In this document: in pieces, positions 1-9,680 of the stretch
Layout: each line of letters opens with the position of its first letter
How positions within the stretch are numbered: the first letter of the stretch is position 1
Origin: Haloferacaceae archaeon 50
GTDB lineage: Archaea > Halobacteriota > Halobacteria > Halobacteriales > Haloferacaceae
Direction: 5' to 3'
Length of the DNA stretch: 64,000 nt
Assembly: GCA_046097085.1 (NCBI GenBank)
Contig: CP175567.1
Location: 1,355,875 to 1,419,874, forward strand
Position numbers and translations under genes: made by a program
Notes under the pieces: generated by a model
The model's input: only the letters and a program-made list of their open reading frames with translations
Told to the model about the DNA's origin: nothing
Database searches by the model: none

Positions 1-323
1 ACGATGATGACGTAGCCGCGTTCGACGCGCGCGATGCCGTCTCCCTGCTTGCCGATGTCCTCTATCTCGACGTACCGGAGTTCGCCCGACTCCACCGGGG
101 GTTGGGGCTCGTCGGACGGTCGTTCGCTCGACCCGCTCTCGGACTCCTCGCTGGCCGCCCCCCGCGCGATGAGAGCGACGCGGTACGTGTCGCCCGGTTC
201 GATAGAGCCAGTCTCGACTTCACGTCGCGGTATCTCGACCACGTAGCGGTCGTCCTCGGTCCGGACGTCGGCGCTGAACAGACACAGGAGCTTATCTGAG
301 ATTTCCACCGTGTAGACCTCCAC
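1..323 (-). CDS. TRAM-domain protein (N-terminal part; C-terminus lies beyond window start)
   Basis: Reverse-strand reading from GTG at 323..321 gives VEVYTVEISDKLLCLFSADVRTEDDRYVVEIPRREVETGSIEPGDTYRVALI...ELRYVEIEDIGKQGDGIARVERGYVIIV; the DIGKQGDGIARVE segment resembles a TRAM/OB-fold domain. There is no stop before position 1 and the ORF is absent from the track because it is partial. Confidence 0.45.
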   Translation of the reverse strand, partial: MEVYTVEISDKLLCLFSADVRTEDDRYVVEIPRREVETGSIEPGDTYRVALIARGAASEESESGSSERPSDEPQPPVESGELRYVEIEDIGKQGDGIARVERGYVII

Positions 324-445
324 CGAAACGTCTACATCGACCGTTAAATGTGTACCGCCGAGAACGTGGGGTCAACGCGGCGTTCCGTCGGAGGCCGCAC
401 AACGAGTGCCGGTGCGAGTCGGGATGGGACTGCGGGGCCGACGTG

Positions 446-1294
446 TCACTCGGCGTCGCCGAGTCGCGACCCGTCCGGGCGTTTCGCACCCTCGGAGTCG
501 TGGACCACGACGCCGTCGGCCTCGGCGGGTTCGTAGCTGTCGCGCACCGCGACGGCCTCTTCGAGTTCTCGTACCGCCCGCTCTTTGAGGGCCGCGGCGA
601 GTTCCTCGGCGTCCTCGCGGGCGATGTCGCGCCCGAGGCCCTCGCACTCGTGGGCGCGGACCATCCCCTCCTCGTCGCCGGTTTCACCGGCTTCCCGTTG
701 CGCTCCCAGCGCAACGCTGTCGACCACCTCGCCCATCGGCTGACTCGTGCCGCCGAGGGCGACGCTGAACGGGTAGGTCCGACAGATGAGCGGTCGGTCG
801 GCGTGGACCGAACACGCGCCCGTGCCGTCCGCGGACTCCTCGTAGAACGTGCAGTCGCCGCAGTCGTCGGTCTGGAGCGCCCACTCGAACGTCTCGCCAG
901 CGAGTTCGCCGTCGTCGCCCTCGGTCAGACCGTACGGCATCGGGCGGGCCACGTCGCGCCATTCCCGCGAGGCGTCCGAGCGGGTGCTCGGAGCGGCGTC
1001 GCCGCTCCGGTGGTCGTACCCAGTCGCGGCCTGCAGGTCGCGCACCTCGTCGGGGAACACCGTGGCGGTGTGAGGCTCCGTCTCGCCGTCGTCGTCCCCG
1101 CCGCTCCCGCCCGACTCGCCGCCGCCGTCGTCACCGTCCGGGCCGCCGTCACCGCTCTCCCCGTCCGCAGTGGTGTACCCCTTGCAGCACGCGCCACAGC
1201 GGGTGCACTCGAACCCTATCTCCTCGATGGCGTCCGCGAGTTCGGACGCGTCGAGTGCGCGGGCGTCGGCGAGTTCGGCTTCGAGGCTTCGCAC
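446..1294 (-). CDS. YkgJ/UPF0153-family Fe-S or Zn cluster protein (CxxCxxCC motif) with an acidic Gly/Asp-rich insert
   Basis: ORF track 282 aa; motifs FECTRCGACCKGY and CSVHADRPLICRTYP are typical of the YkgJ putative zinc/iron-chelating domain. Confidence 0.7.
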   Translation of the reverse strand: MRSLEAELADARALDASELADAIEEIGFECTRCGACCKGYTTADGESGDGGPDGDDGGGESGGSGGDDDGETEPHTATVFPDEVRDLQAATGYDHRSGDAAPSTRSDASREWRDVARPMPYGLTEGDDGELAGETFEWALQTDDCGDCTFYEESADGTGACSVHADRPLICRTYPFSVALGGTSQPMGEVVDSVALGAQREAGETGDEEGMVRAHECEGLGRDIAREDAEELAAALKERAVRELEEAVAVRDSYEPAEADGVVVHDSEGAKRPDGSRLGDAE

Positions 1295-1366
1295 GTCCCG
1301 CCCTCGGCGGGCGCGGCGTAAGAACCCGTCGCCCCGGCGCGCGGTGCGTCCGCCGTCGCCGTCGGG

Positions 1367-2167
1367 TCACGCGGGTTCGACGCGCTCCCGGTCGGGGTCC
1401 CACCGCACCCGCCCCTCGGCCGCGAGTTTCTCGACGTGGGCGACGACGGTGGCGCGGGCCATCTCGCGCACGCCCGAGAGGTCCTTGTCGTAGGCGGCGT
1501 CGAGCACCGCGTCGGCGTCGCGCGCGCCCTCCGCCACCGCCGCGAGCACGCGCCGTTCACGGTCGCGGCGGTGAGCGAGCAGTCGGTCGACGACGGCCCG
1601 CGAGTCCGCTATCTCGGGGCCGTGTCCCGGGTAGAGGACGGCGGGGGCGCGGGCGCGCAGGCGGCGCAGCGAGACGACGTACGCCCGCATCTCGCCCTCG
1701 GGCGCGCCGACGGCGACGCTCCCCTCCGCCACCGCGAGGTCGCCGCACAGGACGGGTGCGCGGCGGTCGGACCCCGCGCCCGCGACGAACGAGACGTGGT
1801 CGGGGGCGTGGCCCGGCGTGTCGAGGACCGCCACCGGCCCGTCGCCGGTCGGAATCTCCGTCCCCTCGGCGAAGGTGCGGTCGGGGTCGACCCCCGCGGC
1901 GGCCGCGAACCGCTCCTCGTAGCCGCGGCGCGCCCACACCGTCGCGCCGGTGCGGTCCGCGAGGGCGGCGACGCCCCCGACGTGGTCGGGGTGGGCGTGG
2001 GTGACCGCGACGTGGGCCACGTCCCGGTCGGCGGCGGCCTCGAACAGCGCCGGGTCGTCGGCGGCGGGGTCGACGACGAGGGCGTCGTCGTCGCCGACGA
2101 GGTAGGCGTTGGTCGCGCCGCCCGGCGCGCGGGCGTCGACGGGGAGCGAAACGTGCGTGACTGTCAC
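1367..2167 (-). CDS. MBL-fold metallo-hydrolase
   Basis: 266 aa; VTHAHPDHVGG (HxHxDH) metal-binding motif and downstream His/Asp ligands (TPGHAPDH, YPGHG). Confidence 0.85.
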   Translation of the reverse strand: MTVTHVSLPVDARAPGGATNAYLVGDDDALVVDPAADDPALFEAAADRDVAHVAVTHAHPDHVGGVAALADRTGATVWARRGYEERFAAAAGVDPDRTFAEGTEIPTGDGPVAVLDTPGHAPDHVSFVAGAGSDRRAPVLCGDLAVAEGSVAVGAPEGEMRAYVVSLRRLRARAPAVLYPGHGPEIADSRAVVDRLLAHRRDRERRVLAAVAEGARDADAVLDAAYDKDLSGVREMARATVVAHVEKLAAEGRVRWDPDRERVEPA

Positions 2168-2298
2168 GCCCGTGGCTACGCGGGGCGGGAGGTAAATCTC
2201 ACGGACGGCGGAGAGTAGAGAGTGGCTCGGTCAGTCGCGTCTCGGTCGGGGGGCGACGGCGCCGGGTCGAGTCGCGCGGTCGGTCTCCGGCCGGCGGC

Positions 2299-2571
2299 TC
2301 AGGTGTTGAGGTAGTAGACCTGCTTGCGGGCGTCCTTGAAGCTGTAGCGCGAGGAGACGAGGTCGGACTCCTCGAGGCGGTTGAGGGCGTAGCGGACGGT
2401 CCGGTCGGGCAGGAGCGACTCCTCGGCGAGCTGACCCTGCGAGAGCGGCGCGTCGGTCTCAAGCACTTTCGCCACGAGCTTCGCGCTCGGGGGGAGTTCG
2501 CGGAGACGGTCGCGGAACTCGCTCTTGGACAGCCTGTCTTCGGTGTTGGTCTCTGCGGTACTGGTGCTCAT
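2299..2571 (-). CDS. small winged-helix transcriptional regulator (MarR/TrmB-like)
   Basis: 90 aa; LVAKVLETDAPLSQGQLAEESLLPDRTVRYALNRLEESDLV fits a wHTH DNA-binding domain. Confidence 0.65.
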   Translation of the reverse strand: MSTSTAETNTEDRLSKSEFRDRLRELPPSAKLVAKVLETDAPLSQGQLAEESLLPDRTVRYALNRLEESDLVSSRYSFKDARKQVYYLNT

Positions 2572-2648
2572 GTGGACCTCCTATCCGTGATACGGGGTAA
2601 AGGTTGGCTACAAAGGTGACAATACAATCCAGTCTCCTTAAACACATA

Positions 2649-2870
2649 TTAAGGTATCTCAGCAGGAAGAGGCGCCCGCGTTCGTCGGCTTCGGAGCGTG
2701 TCGGTGTTCGGCGAACTCGTGCGGTAGTTCCCCATCACGGTGTTACAGGCGGGGCAGTGGACCACCAGCAACCGCCCGTCGTACACGTGGCGCACTAGTT
2801 CCTCGGTTCCGAACGACTTACCGCATTGTCTGCACGTTGGCATAAGATGAGATACGTCGTCTGAGAGCAT
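2649..2870 (-). CDS. small zinc-ribbon protein (CxxC...CxxC), hypothetical
   Basis: 73 aa ORF; TCRQCGK...HCPACN forms four Cys in two CxxC pairs; alternative start at internal Met (MPTCRQCG). Confidence 0.45.
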   Translation of the reverse strand: MLSDDVSHLMPTCRQCGKSFGTEELVRHVYDGRLLVVHCPACNTVMGNYRTSSPNTDTLRSRRTRAPLPAEIP

Positions 2871-3029
2871 AGAGGTATCCCCCCGCGTGTCCGGGCGGTT
2901 CCGTCCGTCACGGCTCCGCCGGCCGTCCGCCGAGGGCCGGGGCGGTTCGACGAGTGGGTCCGAGAAAACGGCGTCGGCGCGTATGCATCCAGTACGGTTT
3001 TAATCTCGGGGGAGTGAACACGGAGTAGT

Positions 3030-3782
3030 GTGAAAGGGAAGGAGTGGTATCAGGCCGACGACGTCGCCCAAGAGTACGACGACAAGCGGTTCTCGCGGGG
3101 CGGGCGACTCATCGACCACCGAGAGAAGGAGGCCGTCCTCGACGCGCTCCAGCCGCTCGACGGTAAGCGAGTGCTGGAGGTCGCGTGCGGGACGGGGCGG
3201 TTCACCGTGATGCTCGCCGAACGCGGCGCGGAGGTGGTCGCCCTCGACATCTCGTCGGCGATGATGGTCCAAGGGCGAGAGAAGGCCCGCCGCGCCGGGG
3301 TGGCCGACCGAATCGAGTTCCTCCGGGCGGACGCCGCGCGCCTGCCGTTCCCGGACGACCATTTCGACGCCGTGTTCGCCATGCGCTTTTTCCACCTCGC
3401 CGACACCCCCGCGAAGTTCCTCGCGGAGATGGCGCGCGTCACCGAGGACGTGGTCTTTTTCGACACGTTCAACGACTTCAGCAGTCGGGTGGCCTACAAC
3501 TGGCTACTCCCGATGGGGTCGCACCTCTACTCCCGCGCGGACGTGGAGCGCCTCCTCGACGACGCCGGCCTCCGCCTCGACGAGGAGGCCCACGACTTCG
3601 TCCTTCCCTACGGGTTCTACCGCAAGATTCCCAACGCCCTCGCCCGCGAGTTCCGCGAACTCGACAACTCCGTCGGCGACACGACGGTGGGCGAGAAGCT
3701 CTCGTCGGTGTCGTACTGGACGGCGCGGACCGCCGACCGGGCGGCCGAGACGCCGACCGACCCGGCCTCCAGTACGGAGTAG
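3030..3782 (+). CDS. class I SAM-dependent methyltransferase
   Basis: 250 aa; VLEVACGTGRFT (motif I GxGxG), acidic motif II ALDIS, typical Methyltransf_11/25 layout. Confidence 0.85.
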   Translation: MKGKEWYQADDVAQEYDDKRFSRGGRLIDHREKEAVLDALQPLDGKRVLEVACGTGRFTVMLAERGAEVVALDISSAMMVQGREKARRAGVADRIEFLRADAARLPFPDDHFDAVFAMRFFHLADTPAKFLAEMARVTEDVVFFDTFNDFSSRVAYNWLLPMGSHLYSRADVERLLDDAGLRLDEEAHDFVLPYGFYRKIPNALAREFRELDNSVGDTTVGEKLSSVSYWTARTADRAAETPTDPASSTE

Positions 3783-3827
3783 GGCCGGAACGAACTTATT
3801 AAACGGGCCCACGAGGTAGGGACAGGT

Positions 3828-4751
3828 ATGGAGCTCTCGGTAGTCGTCCCGACGCTGAACGGGCGCGAGCAGTTGGCCGCGAGTCTCGACTCGCTGGCCG
3901 AACACGCGCCCGACGCGGAGGTGGTCGTGGTCAACGGCCCCTCCGCCGACGGCACTACCGGGATGGTGCGCGAACGCGACGACGTGGACGTGCTGGTCGA
4001 ACTCTCGGACCGCACGCTCAACGTCGCCCGCAACGCTGGCATCGAGGCGGCGTCGGGCGACGTGCTCGCCTTCCTCTCGCACGACCACTCCGTCGAGTCG
4101 ACGTGGCGGGCGGCGCTGGAACGCGCCCTCGACGGTGCGGACGCGGTCACCGGCCCCACCCACCAGACGGTGCCCGCCGGGATGACCACCGAGGAACCGG
4201 AGGTGACCGACATGTACGGGCGCGAGGTTCGCTACTTCGACGGCGGCAACGTGGCGTTCCGCGCCGACGTCCTCAACGCCCTCGACGGGTTCGACGAGTA
4301 CCTCGAAACCGGCGGCTCGCGCGACGTCGCCCACCGCCTCGCGGGGATGGACTACTCGGTGGCGTGGGACTCCGAGATGTGCGTCCGCCGCGAGTTCGAG
4401 GCCGACGGCGGCGTCCGGGAGCGAGACTGGGACTGGAAGTACCGCTCGCTCGCGTACCGCCTCGTCAAGAACTACGGCCTCCGGCCGGGGGTCGCCCGCC
4501 GGACCCTGTCCCACGCCGTCTCCGAGACGGCCGCGAACGCGAAGAGCGCGGTCCGCGGCGACACCAAGCCCACGGCGCTGGTCCGGGCGACGCGGGACGT
4601 GGTCGTCGGCGCGACGCTGGGCTGTAAGGACGGCCTCGTCTCGCGGGCGCGCGACCGGACCGACGCGCGCAACCCTCACGGCCGGTCCAAGAGCCCGAAT
4701 CGCGCGGTCACGGCCTACGACTGGCGGGAGCGGCCGCCGTCGCAGGAGTAG
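3828..4751 (+). CDS. family 2 glycosyltransferase
   Basis: 307 aa; N-terminal LSVVVPTLNGREQL GT-A fold start, downstream Asp motifs and FLSHDH. Confidence 0.85.
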   Translation: MELSVVVPTLNGREQLAASLDSLAEHAPDAEVVVVNGPSADGTTGMVRERDDVDVLVELSDRTLNVARNAGIEAASGDVLAFLSHDHSVESTWRAALERALDGADAVTGPTHQTVPAGMTTEEPEVTDMYGREVRYFDGGNVAFRADVLNALDGFDEYLETGGSRDVAHRLAGMDYSVAWDSEMCVRREFEADGGVRERDWDWKYRSLAYRLVKNYGLRPGVARRTLSHAVSETAANAKSAVRGDTKPTALVRATRDVVVGATLGCKDGLVSRARDRTDARNPHGRSKSPNRAVTAYDWRERPPSQE

Positions 4752-4772
4752 GCCGACGAGGACGGCCGCGCG

Positions 4773-5591
4773 TCAGGGTACGAGGTCCTCGAACACCCGC
4801 GCCGGGTTCTTCGTGAACGCGCGGCGCATCGCGTCCTCCGACACGTCGAGCGTCAGCACCTCCATCACGGCCACGTCGGGGTGGGCCGCGGGCATCCCCG
4901 ACCCGAACAGGACGCGGTCCGGGTGTTCGAGCAGGCCGCGTTCGAGCACGTCGCGGTAGCGCACGAACGAGGTATCGAGGTAGAGTTCGTCGTGGTCGTC
5001 CAGCATGTCCAGCGCCGCGTTCATCAGGTCGCGGTCGAGGGGGTACCCGCCGAAACTCGACAGCACGACCGGGAACGTCCGCCGGAGGAGCGTCTCGGCC
5101 ACCGCCGACGGCGGGAACGTCGTCCCCGCCTGCACCAACACCGGCAGGCTCACGTCGTCGAGTCTGTCGAGCGTCTCCTCGTCCGGCAGGCCATCGTGAG
5201 CGGGGTCGAGGTAGAAGCCGTGGAACCGGTCGTCGTAGGCGTACTGTTCGACGTCGGAGGGCGAGGTGTGCTCGTCGCCGCGGGAGGCCGCGAGGTTCCG
5301 CAGGCGGGCCGCGGGCGTATCGCTCGGGTCGCGGGGGCCGTTGATGCGCGCCACGGCGAGGAAGGGGCGTTCGACCGAGAGGCGCGCCACGGCGTTGTTG
5401 GCACTCAGGTAACTCTCCCCGGACGGGCGTGCGCCGGGCGACACCAGCGCTCCCACGATGCCCGCCTGGTGGAACTCGCGTTCGAGTCGCTCGGGGGTGA
5501 CGTCGCGGCCGTGCGTCTCCACGTCCTCGTCGTTCGGGGCGAGGCGGGCGTGGACGTCGTACACCCGGAACCCGTGTTCCAACTCCAGCAT
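4773..5591 (-). CDS. amidohydrolase-family metal-dependent hydrolase (TIM barrel)
   Basis: 272 aa; N-terminal YDVHARL (metal-binding H-x-H region) and C-terminal conserved Asp (DTSF) as in Amidohydro_2 proteins. Confidence 0.75.
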   Translation of the reverse strand: MLELEHGFRVYDVHARLAPNDEDVETHGRDVTPERLEREFHQAGIVGALVSPGARPSGESYLSANNAVARLSVERPFLAVARINGPRDPSDTPAARLRNLAASRGDEHTSPSDVEQYAYDDRFHGFYLDPAHDGLPDEETLDRLDDVSLPVLVQAGTTFPPSAVAETLLRRTFPVVLSSFGGYPLDRDLMNAALDMLDDHDELYLDTSFVRYRDVLERGLLEHPDRVLFGSGMPAAHPDVAVMEVLTLDVSEDAMRRAFTKNPARVFEDLVP

Positions 5592-5611
5592 TGTGGGACC
5601 TCCGTCGTCGC

Positions 5612-5622
5612 CCTATATCTGC
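5612..5622 (-). promoter_or_regulatory. TATA-like element ~25 nt upstream of amidohydrolase start (leaderless-type promoter)
   Basis: cctatatctg AT-rich hexamer in otherwise GC-rich spacer, at the distance expected for an archaeal TATA box. Confidence 0.3.
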
Positions 5623-5708
5623 CTATTGGTCGTTTCGGCCGCGGCCGGTCACACAGCCAACCGCCGACCCCGGCGGAACCGTGCGACTTTGTGACTCGTT
5701 CACCGATA

Positions 5709-5720
5709 TCTATATATAGA
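5709..5720 (+). promoter_or_regulatory. TATA box of thermosome gene
   Basis: tctatatataga located ~40 nt upstream of ATG 5757; strongest TATA-like element in the spacer. Confidence 0.5.
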
Positions 5721-5756
5721 ACCGCTAGCCTCCAGTTCATCGAGGTTTCCTACACC

Positions 5757-7331
5757 ATGGCAGCAGGTATGCAGCAACCGATGTACGTTCTCACTGAGGG
5801 TAGCCAGCGGACCCGCGGACAGGACGCTCAGAAGTCCAACATCCGCGCCGGGAAGGCCGTGGCCGACGCGGTACGCACGACGCTCGGCCCCCGAGGCATG
5901 GACAAGATGCTCGTCGACTCCTCGGGCGAAGTCGTCATCACCAACGACGGCGCGACCATCCTCCAAGAGATGGACATCGAACACCCCGCGGCCCAGATGA
6001 TCGTCGAGGTGTCCCAGACCCAAGAGGACGAGGTGGGCGACGGCACCACGACGGCCGCGGTGCTGGCGGGCGAACTCCTCGCGCGGGCCGAGGACCTCCT
6101 CGACGACGACATCCACCCCTCGGTCGTGGTCGAGGGCTACACCGCCGCCTCGCGCCTCGCCCTCGAGGCCGTCGAGGAGCAGGTGCTCGACGTCGACCTC
6201 GACGACGACGTACTCGTACAGGTCGCCGAGTCGAGCATGACCGGCAAGGGCACCGGCGACGTGACAGCCGACGTGCTGGCCGAACAGGTCGTCGCCGCGG
6301 TCCGGCACGTCGCCGAGGGCGGCGTCGTCGACCGCGACGACGTCCACGTCCACACCCGGACCGGCGCGTCGTCGTCGGCCACCGAGACGGTCGAGGGCGT
6401 CGTGGTCGACAAGGAACGCGTCAACGACAACATGCCCGAACGGGTCGAGGACGCCACCGTCGCCATCCTCGACCTCGAACTCGACGTGCGCGAGACGGAG
6501 GCGAACACCGAGTACAACATCAGCTCCGTCGACCAACTGACCGCCGCCATCGACGCCGAGGACGAGGAACTCCGCGGCTACGCGAAGGCCCTCGCCGACG
6601 CCGGCGTCGACGTGGTGTTCTGCACCAAGTCCGTCGACGACCGGGTGGCCTCCCACCTCGCCGACGCGGGCGTACTCGCGTTCGAGAGCGTCAAGAGCTC
6701 CGACGCGAAGGCCATCGCGCGCGCGACAGGCGCGAAGCGCCTCGGCTCGGTGACCGATCTCGACGCCGACGACTTCGGCCGCGCCGACGCGGTGCGACTG
6801 GCGAAGTACGGCGACGACGAACTCACCTTCGTCGAGGGCGGCGCGGCGTCGAAGGCCGTGACGCTGTTCCTGCGCGGCGGCACCCAGCACGTGGTCGACG
6901 AACTCGAACGCGCCGTCGGGGACGCCGTCGACGTGACGGTGGCCACCGTCGAACGCGGCGGCGTGGTCCCCGGTGCGGGCGCGACGGAAGTCGCCATCGC
7001 CGACCGGGTCCGGGCCGCGGCCGCGGGCGTCGAGGGCCGCAAGCAGTTGGCGGTCGAGGCGTTCGCCGACGCCGTCGACGCCCTGCCGCGCACCCTCGCC
7101 GAGAACACCGGGATGGACCCCATCGACGCCCTCGTCGACCTCCGAGCCACCTTCGAGCGGGAGGGCCGCGCCGGCGTCATCGCCCACGGCAAGACGGGCG
7201 AAATCGGCGACCCCGTCGAGCGCGGCGTCCTCGACCCCGCCGCCGTCAAGCGCGAGGCGGTCGAGTCCGCCACCGAGGCCGCGACGATGATTCTCCGCAT
7301 CGACGACGTCATCGCGGCCAAGAACGACTGA
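5757..7331 (+). CDS. ths: thermosome subunit (group II chaperonin)
   Basis: The track ORF 4881..7331 has a spurious upstream extension; true start is the in-frame ATG at 5757 ([12 protein letters not shown]...). Hallmarks: [20 protein letters not shown]-binding loop, 525 aa. Confidence 0.95.
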   Translation: MAAGMQQPMYVLTEGSQRTRGQDAQKSNIRAGKAVADAVRTTLGPRGMDKMLVDSSGEVVITNDGATILQEMDIEHPAAQMIVEVSQTQEDEVGDGTTTAAVLAGELLARAEDLLDDDIHPSVVVEGYTAASRLALEAVEEQVLDVDLDDDVLVQVAESSMTGKGTGDVTADVLAEQVVAAVRHVAEGGVVDRDDVHVHTRTGASSSATETVEGVVVDKERVNDNMPERVEDATVAILDLELDVRETEANTEYNISSVDQLTAAIDAEDEELRGYAKALADAGVDVVFCTKSVDDRVASHLADAGVLAFESVKSSDAKAIARATGAKRLGSVTDLDADDFGRADAVRLAKYGDDELTFVEGGAASKAVTLFLRGGTQHVVDELERAVGDAVDVTVATVERGGVVPGAGATEVAIADRVRAAAAGVEGRKQLAVEAFADAVDALPRTLAENTGMDPIDALVDLRATFEREGRAGVIAHGKTGEIGDPVERGVLDPAAVKREAVESATEAATMILRIDDVIAAKND

Positions 7332-7399
7332 GCCGACCGCCGCACCCCGGTCGGGCGGGCGCGCGGCGCCGTCCCGCCGTCCGCCCCTGTCGACTCCCG

Positions 7400-7404
7400 T
7401 TTTT
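7400..7404 (+). terminator. oligo-T tract downstream of thermosome stop (putative archaeal terminator)
   Basis: cccgtttttcgcc ~70 nt after the stop codon; T5 runs are rare in this GC-rich sequence. Confidence 0.3.
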
Positions 7405-7450
7405 CGCCTTCGGTCTCTCCCTCCATCGACACCTCTCCCGCCGTCGCTCG

Positions 7451-8107
7451 CTACTCCGCGGAGACGACGCTCTCCCTGACGAGGCGTCCCACGCCCCGCC
7501 GGATGCGCTCAGACACCGCCTGGTCGCTCACGTCGAGTTCGTCGGCGATGTCGAGGAGCGTCGCCCGCCGGGGAACGTCGAAGTAGCCGAGGCGGTGGGC
7601 GGTGAGCAGCGTCTCTCGCTGTTGTTCCGTGAGCGCGCTCTCCCGACGCTCCTCCGCCGGCCGGAAGATGCGGACGGGCGTCATCGAGAGGTCGTCCTCC
7701 GAGCAGAGCTCCCCGAACCACGTGACGCTCTCGTCGTCGGGAAACCGGAGGCGGAGGCGGAGCGAGTCCCCGTCGAGGCTCCCTTCGAGGATGGCGGCGT
7801 CGGTCCGCGCGACGGCCTCGCACAACGCCTCCCCGGGGGTCCAGTCGACGCGGTAGAGCCGCCAGCCGTCCGTCTCGCCGAGCGACTCCGCGTCCGACAC
7901 CTGCGGGTGGTCGCGCGCCGCGCGTTCGAACCGCTCGAAGTCGTCCGTCCGGACCCACACGAACGGGACGGCCTCGGCCCGCCCCCGCGGGACCATCCGG
8001 TCGAACTCGATTTCGGTGTTTGGAGGCAGGTCGCACGGCACGTCTCCGCCGAGTTCCGTCACAGGAAACCGCACGTCGACCATGACCACCATGAGTGGAT
8101 ATAACAC
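7451..8107 (-). CDS. bacterio-opsin-activator-like HTH_10 transcriptional regulator
   Basis: 218 aa; C-terminal LTEQQRETLLTAHRLGYFDVPRRATLLDIADELDVSDQAVSERIRRG is the haloarchaeal HTH_10 (Bat-type) DNA-binding domain; N-terminal sensor-like domain. Confidence 0.7.
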   Translation of the reverse strand: MLYPLMVVMVDVRFPVTELGGDVPCDLPPNTEIEFDRMVPRGRAEAVPFVWVRTDDFERFERAARDHPQVSDAESLGETDGWRLYRVDWTPGEALCEAVARTDAAILEGSLDGDSLRLRLRFPDDESVTWFGELCSEDDLSMTPVRIFRPAEERRESALTEQQRETLLTAHRLGYFDVPRRATLLDIADELDVSDQAVSERIRRGVGRLVRESVVSAE

Positions 8108-8179
8108 GGACCAACGGTATCAACCTCCCGCCGACGGTGGCGGACGGCGCACCGGCGGTGGCGGACTGTCCCCGTCAGG

Positions 8180-9004
8180 TCACTCGAACGCGAGGGTCAC
8201 CGCGTCGCCGACGTCGAGGCCGAACGCCTCGTCGCCGCGGCCCCGGTTTACGTCGCACTCGACGTAGCCGTGGCTCCCGACCGTGACCACCCGGTCGCCG
8301 GGGGCGACGGCCGCGAACGAGCGTCCCACGGGGACGCCCTCGACCGGCGACCCGTCGGCCGGGCGGACCGTGACCGCCTCGCGGCCGTCGAGGGCGTCGC
8401 CCGGCACGTTGGTTATCGCGTTGCCGAAGTCGTCCACCGCCAGCACCTCGCCCTCGGCGCGGTCGGCCGTCACCGTCGCCGACGGGAACGAGAGGTCGAC
8501 GAACTCCTCTACGGGGGTCACGGCGTCGAGGCGTTCGAGGTCGGAGACGCCGGCCTCGTGGACCGCGGCGGCCGCGGGTGCGAACACGTCGCGGCCGTGG
8601 AAGGTGGCGGAGTCGGGGTCCTCGTAGGCGTAGTCGAACACCTCCACGTCGACGCCGTCGGTCGCGCCCGGGCCGGCGTCGGCTTCCGTGTCGGCGTCGC
8701 TCTCGGTCGCGATGCGTCGGGCGGCGGGCAGGAGGAGGCCGTTGTCGGGGCCGACGAGGGCGTGGTCGCCGGCCCGGACCACGACGGCGGCGCGGTCGGT
8801 GCCGACGCCGGGGTCGACCACGGCGAGGTGGACCGCGGGCGGGAACTCGGGGAGCACCTCCCGGAGCCAGAACGCCGCCGAGCGGACGTCCTGCCGGGGG
8901 AAGTCGTGGGCCACGTCGACCAGTCGGGCGTCGCACTGCCGGAGGACGACGCCCTTCATCGCCGCGGGGTACGGCGTGCCGAAGTCGGAGGCGAGGGTTA
9001 TCAT
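8180..9004 (-). CDS. SAM hydrolase / SAM-dependent halogenase family protein (DUF62; SAM hydroxide adenosyltransferase-like)
   Basis: 274 aa; MITLASDFGTPYPAAMKGV...VVDPGVGT N-terminal pattern and overall length match the fluorinase/chlorinase-like DUF62 family that is widespread in archaea. Confidence 0.75.
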   Translation of the reverse strand: MITLASDFGTPYPAAMKGVVLRQCDARLVDVAHDFPRQDVRSAAFWLREVLPEFPPAVHLAVVDPGVGTDRAAVVVRAGDHALVGPDNGLLLPAARRIATESDADTEADAGPGATDGVDVEVFDYAYEDPDSATFHGRDVFAPAAAAVHEAGVSDLERLDAVTPVEEFVDLSFPSATVTADRAEGEVLAVDDFGNAITNVPGDALDGREAVTVRPADGSPVEGVPVGRSFAAVAPGDRVVTVGSHGYVECDVNRGRGDEAFGLDVGDAVTLAFE

Positions 9005-9017
9005 GTCGCGCGCGGGG

Positions 9018-9551
9018 TCACGCGGGGTCGGTGTTGTCGTCCCCGTTGGCGTCCGTCTCGCTCACTCGCTGGAGGCGTTCGATGCCGCCTATCTCCTCGA
9101 CAACCTCGACCACCGCGGGCGGGACGAGGTCGCGCCACCCCTCGTCGGCCACCATCTTCTCGCGTATCTCCGTCCCTTCGAGCACCTCGCGGTTGAACAT
9201 AGGCGACTCGCGCACCTCGACGCCGGCCTCGCGGAACAGTTGGATGACCAGCGGGTTGTTGGAGTAGGCCACCTCGAACGCGGGCGACATGCTCTGGACG
9301 TGGCTCACCCACACGGAGTTGCGCTCCAAGTCCTCGATGGGGACCGCGTAGGTCACCAGGTCGAAGTCCTTGACCGACTTGGTGACCATCATTATCCGCT
9401 CCCCCGCGGTGAACGGGTTCTTGAGGGCGTGGGAGTCGCCGGCGCTCCCGATTCCGAGGACGAGTTCGTCGACTTCGCTCGCTATCTCCTGTACCATCCG
9501 GTGGTGGCCGTTGTGATACGGCTGAAACCGACCGATGTAGAACCCCCGCAT
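9018..9551 (-). CDS. nadM: nicotinamide-nucleotide adenylyltransferase (archaeal NMNAT)
   Basis: 177 aa; RGFYIGRFQPYHNGH (HxGH nucleotidyltransferase motif) and conserved archaeal NadM length. Confidence 0.9.
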   Translation of the reverse strand: MRGFYIGRFQPYHNGHHRMVQEIASEVDELVLGIGSAGDSHALKNPFTAGERIMMVTKSVKDFDLVTYAVPIEDLERNSVWVSHVQSMSPAFEVAYSNNPLVIQLFREAGVEVRESPMFNREVLEGTEIREKMVADEGWRDLVPPAVVEVVEEIGGIERLQRVSETDANGDDNTDPA

Positions 9552-9571
9552 CGTGTGCGTAGTCGCGTCGG

Positions 9572-9584
9572 TTATTTATAAATA
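9572..9584 (-). promoter_or_regulatory. TATA box for nadM (leaderless)
   Basis: ttatttataaata palindromic AT-rich element 21-33 nt upstream of the nadM start codon at 9551. Confidence 0.45.
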
Positions 9585-9671
9585 CAGCGAGTCGTCTGGC
9601 CCGACGAAACCGGTGGGTAGGGGGGTTCTACGGGGCGTCGCCCGCTGTGGTGCGTTCGCCCCCGGGGAGAA

Positions 9672-9680
9672 AGTATATCA
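9672..9680 (+). promoter_or_regulatory. TATA box for lon
   Basis: agtatatca ~40 nt upstream of lon ATG at 9718 in the divergent nadM-lon spacer. Confidence 0.45.

Noticed and set aside
4881-5756. N-terminal 292-aa extension of the thermosome ORF in the track (4881-7331)
   Set aside because: The upstream portion is antisense to the amidohydrolase gene and shows no chaperonin similarity; the TATA box at 5709-5720 and the conserved N-terminus MAAGMQQP... place the start at 5757.
5700-7187. 495-aa minus-strand ORF
   Set aside because: Antisense to the thermosome gene; translation is Gly/Asp/Val-rich nonsense with no motifs. GC-frame artefact.
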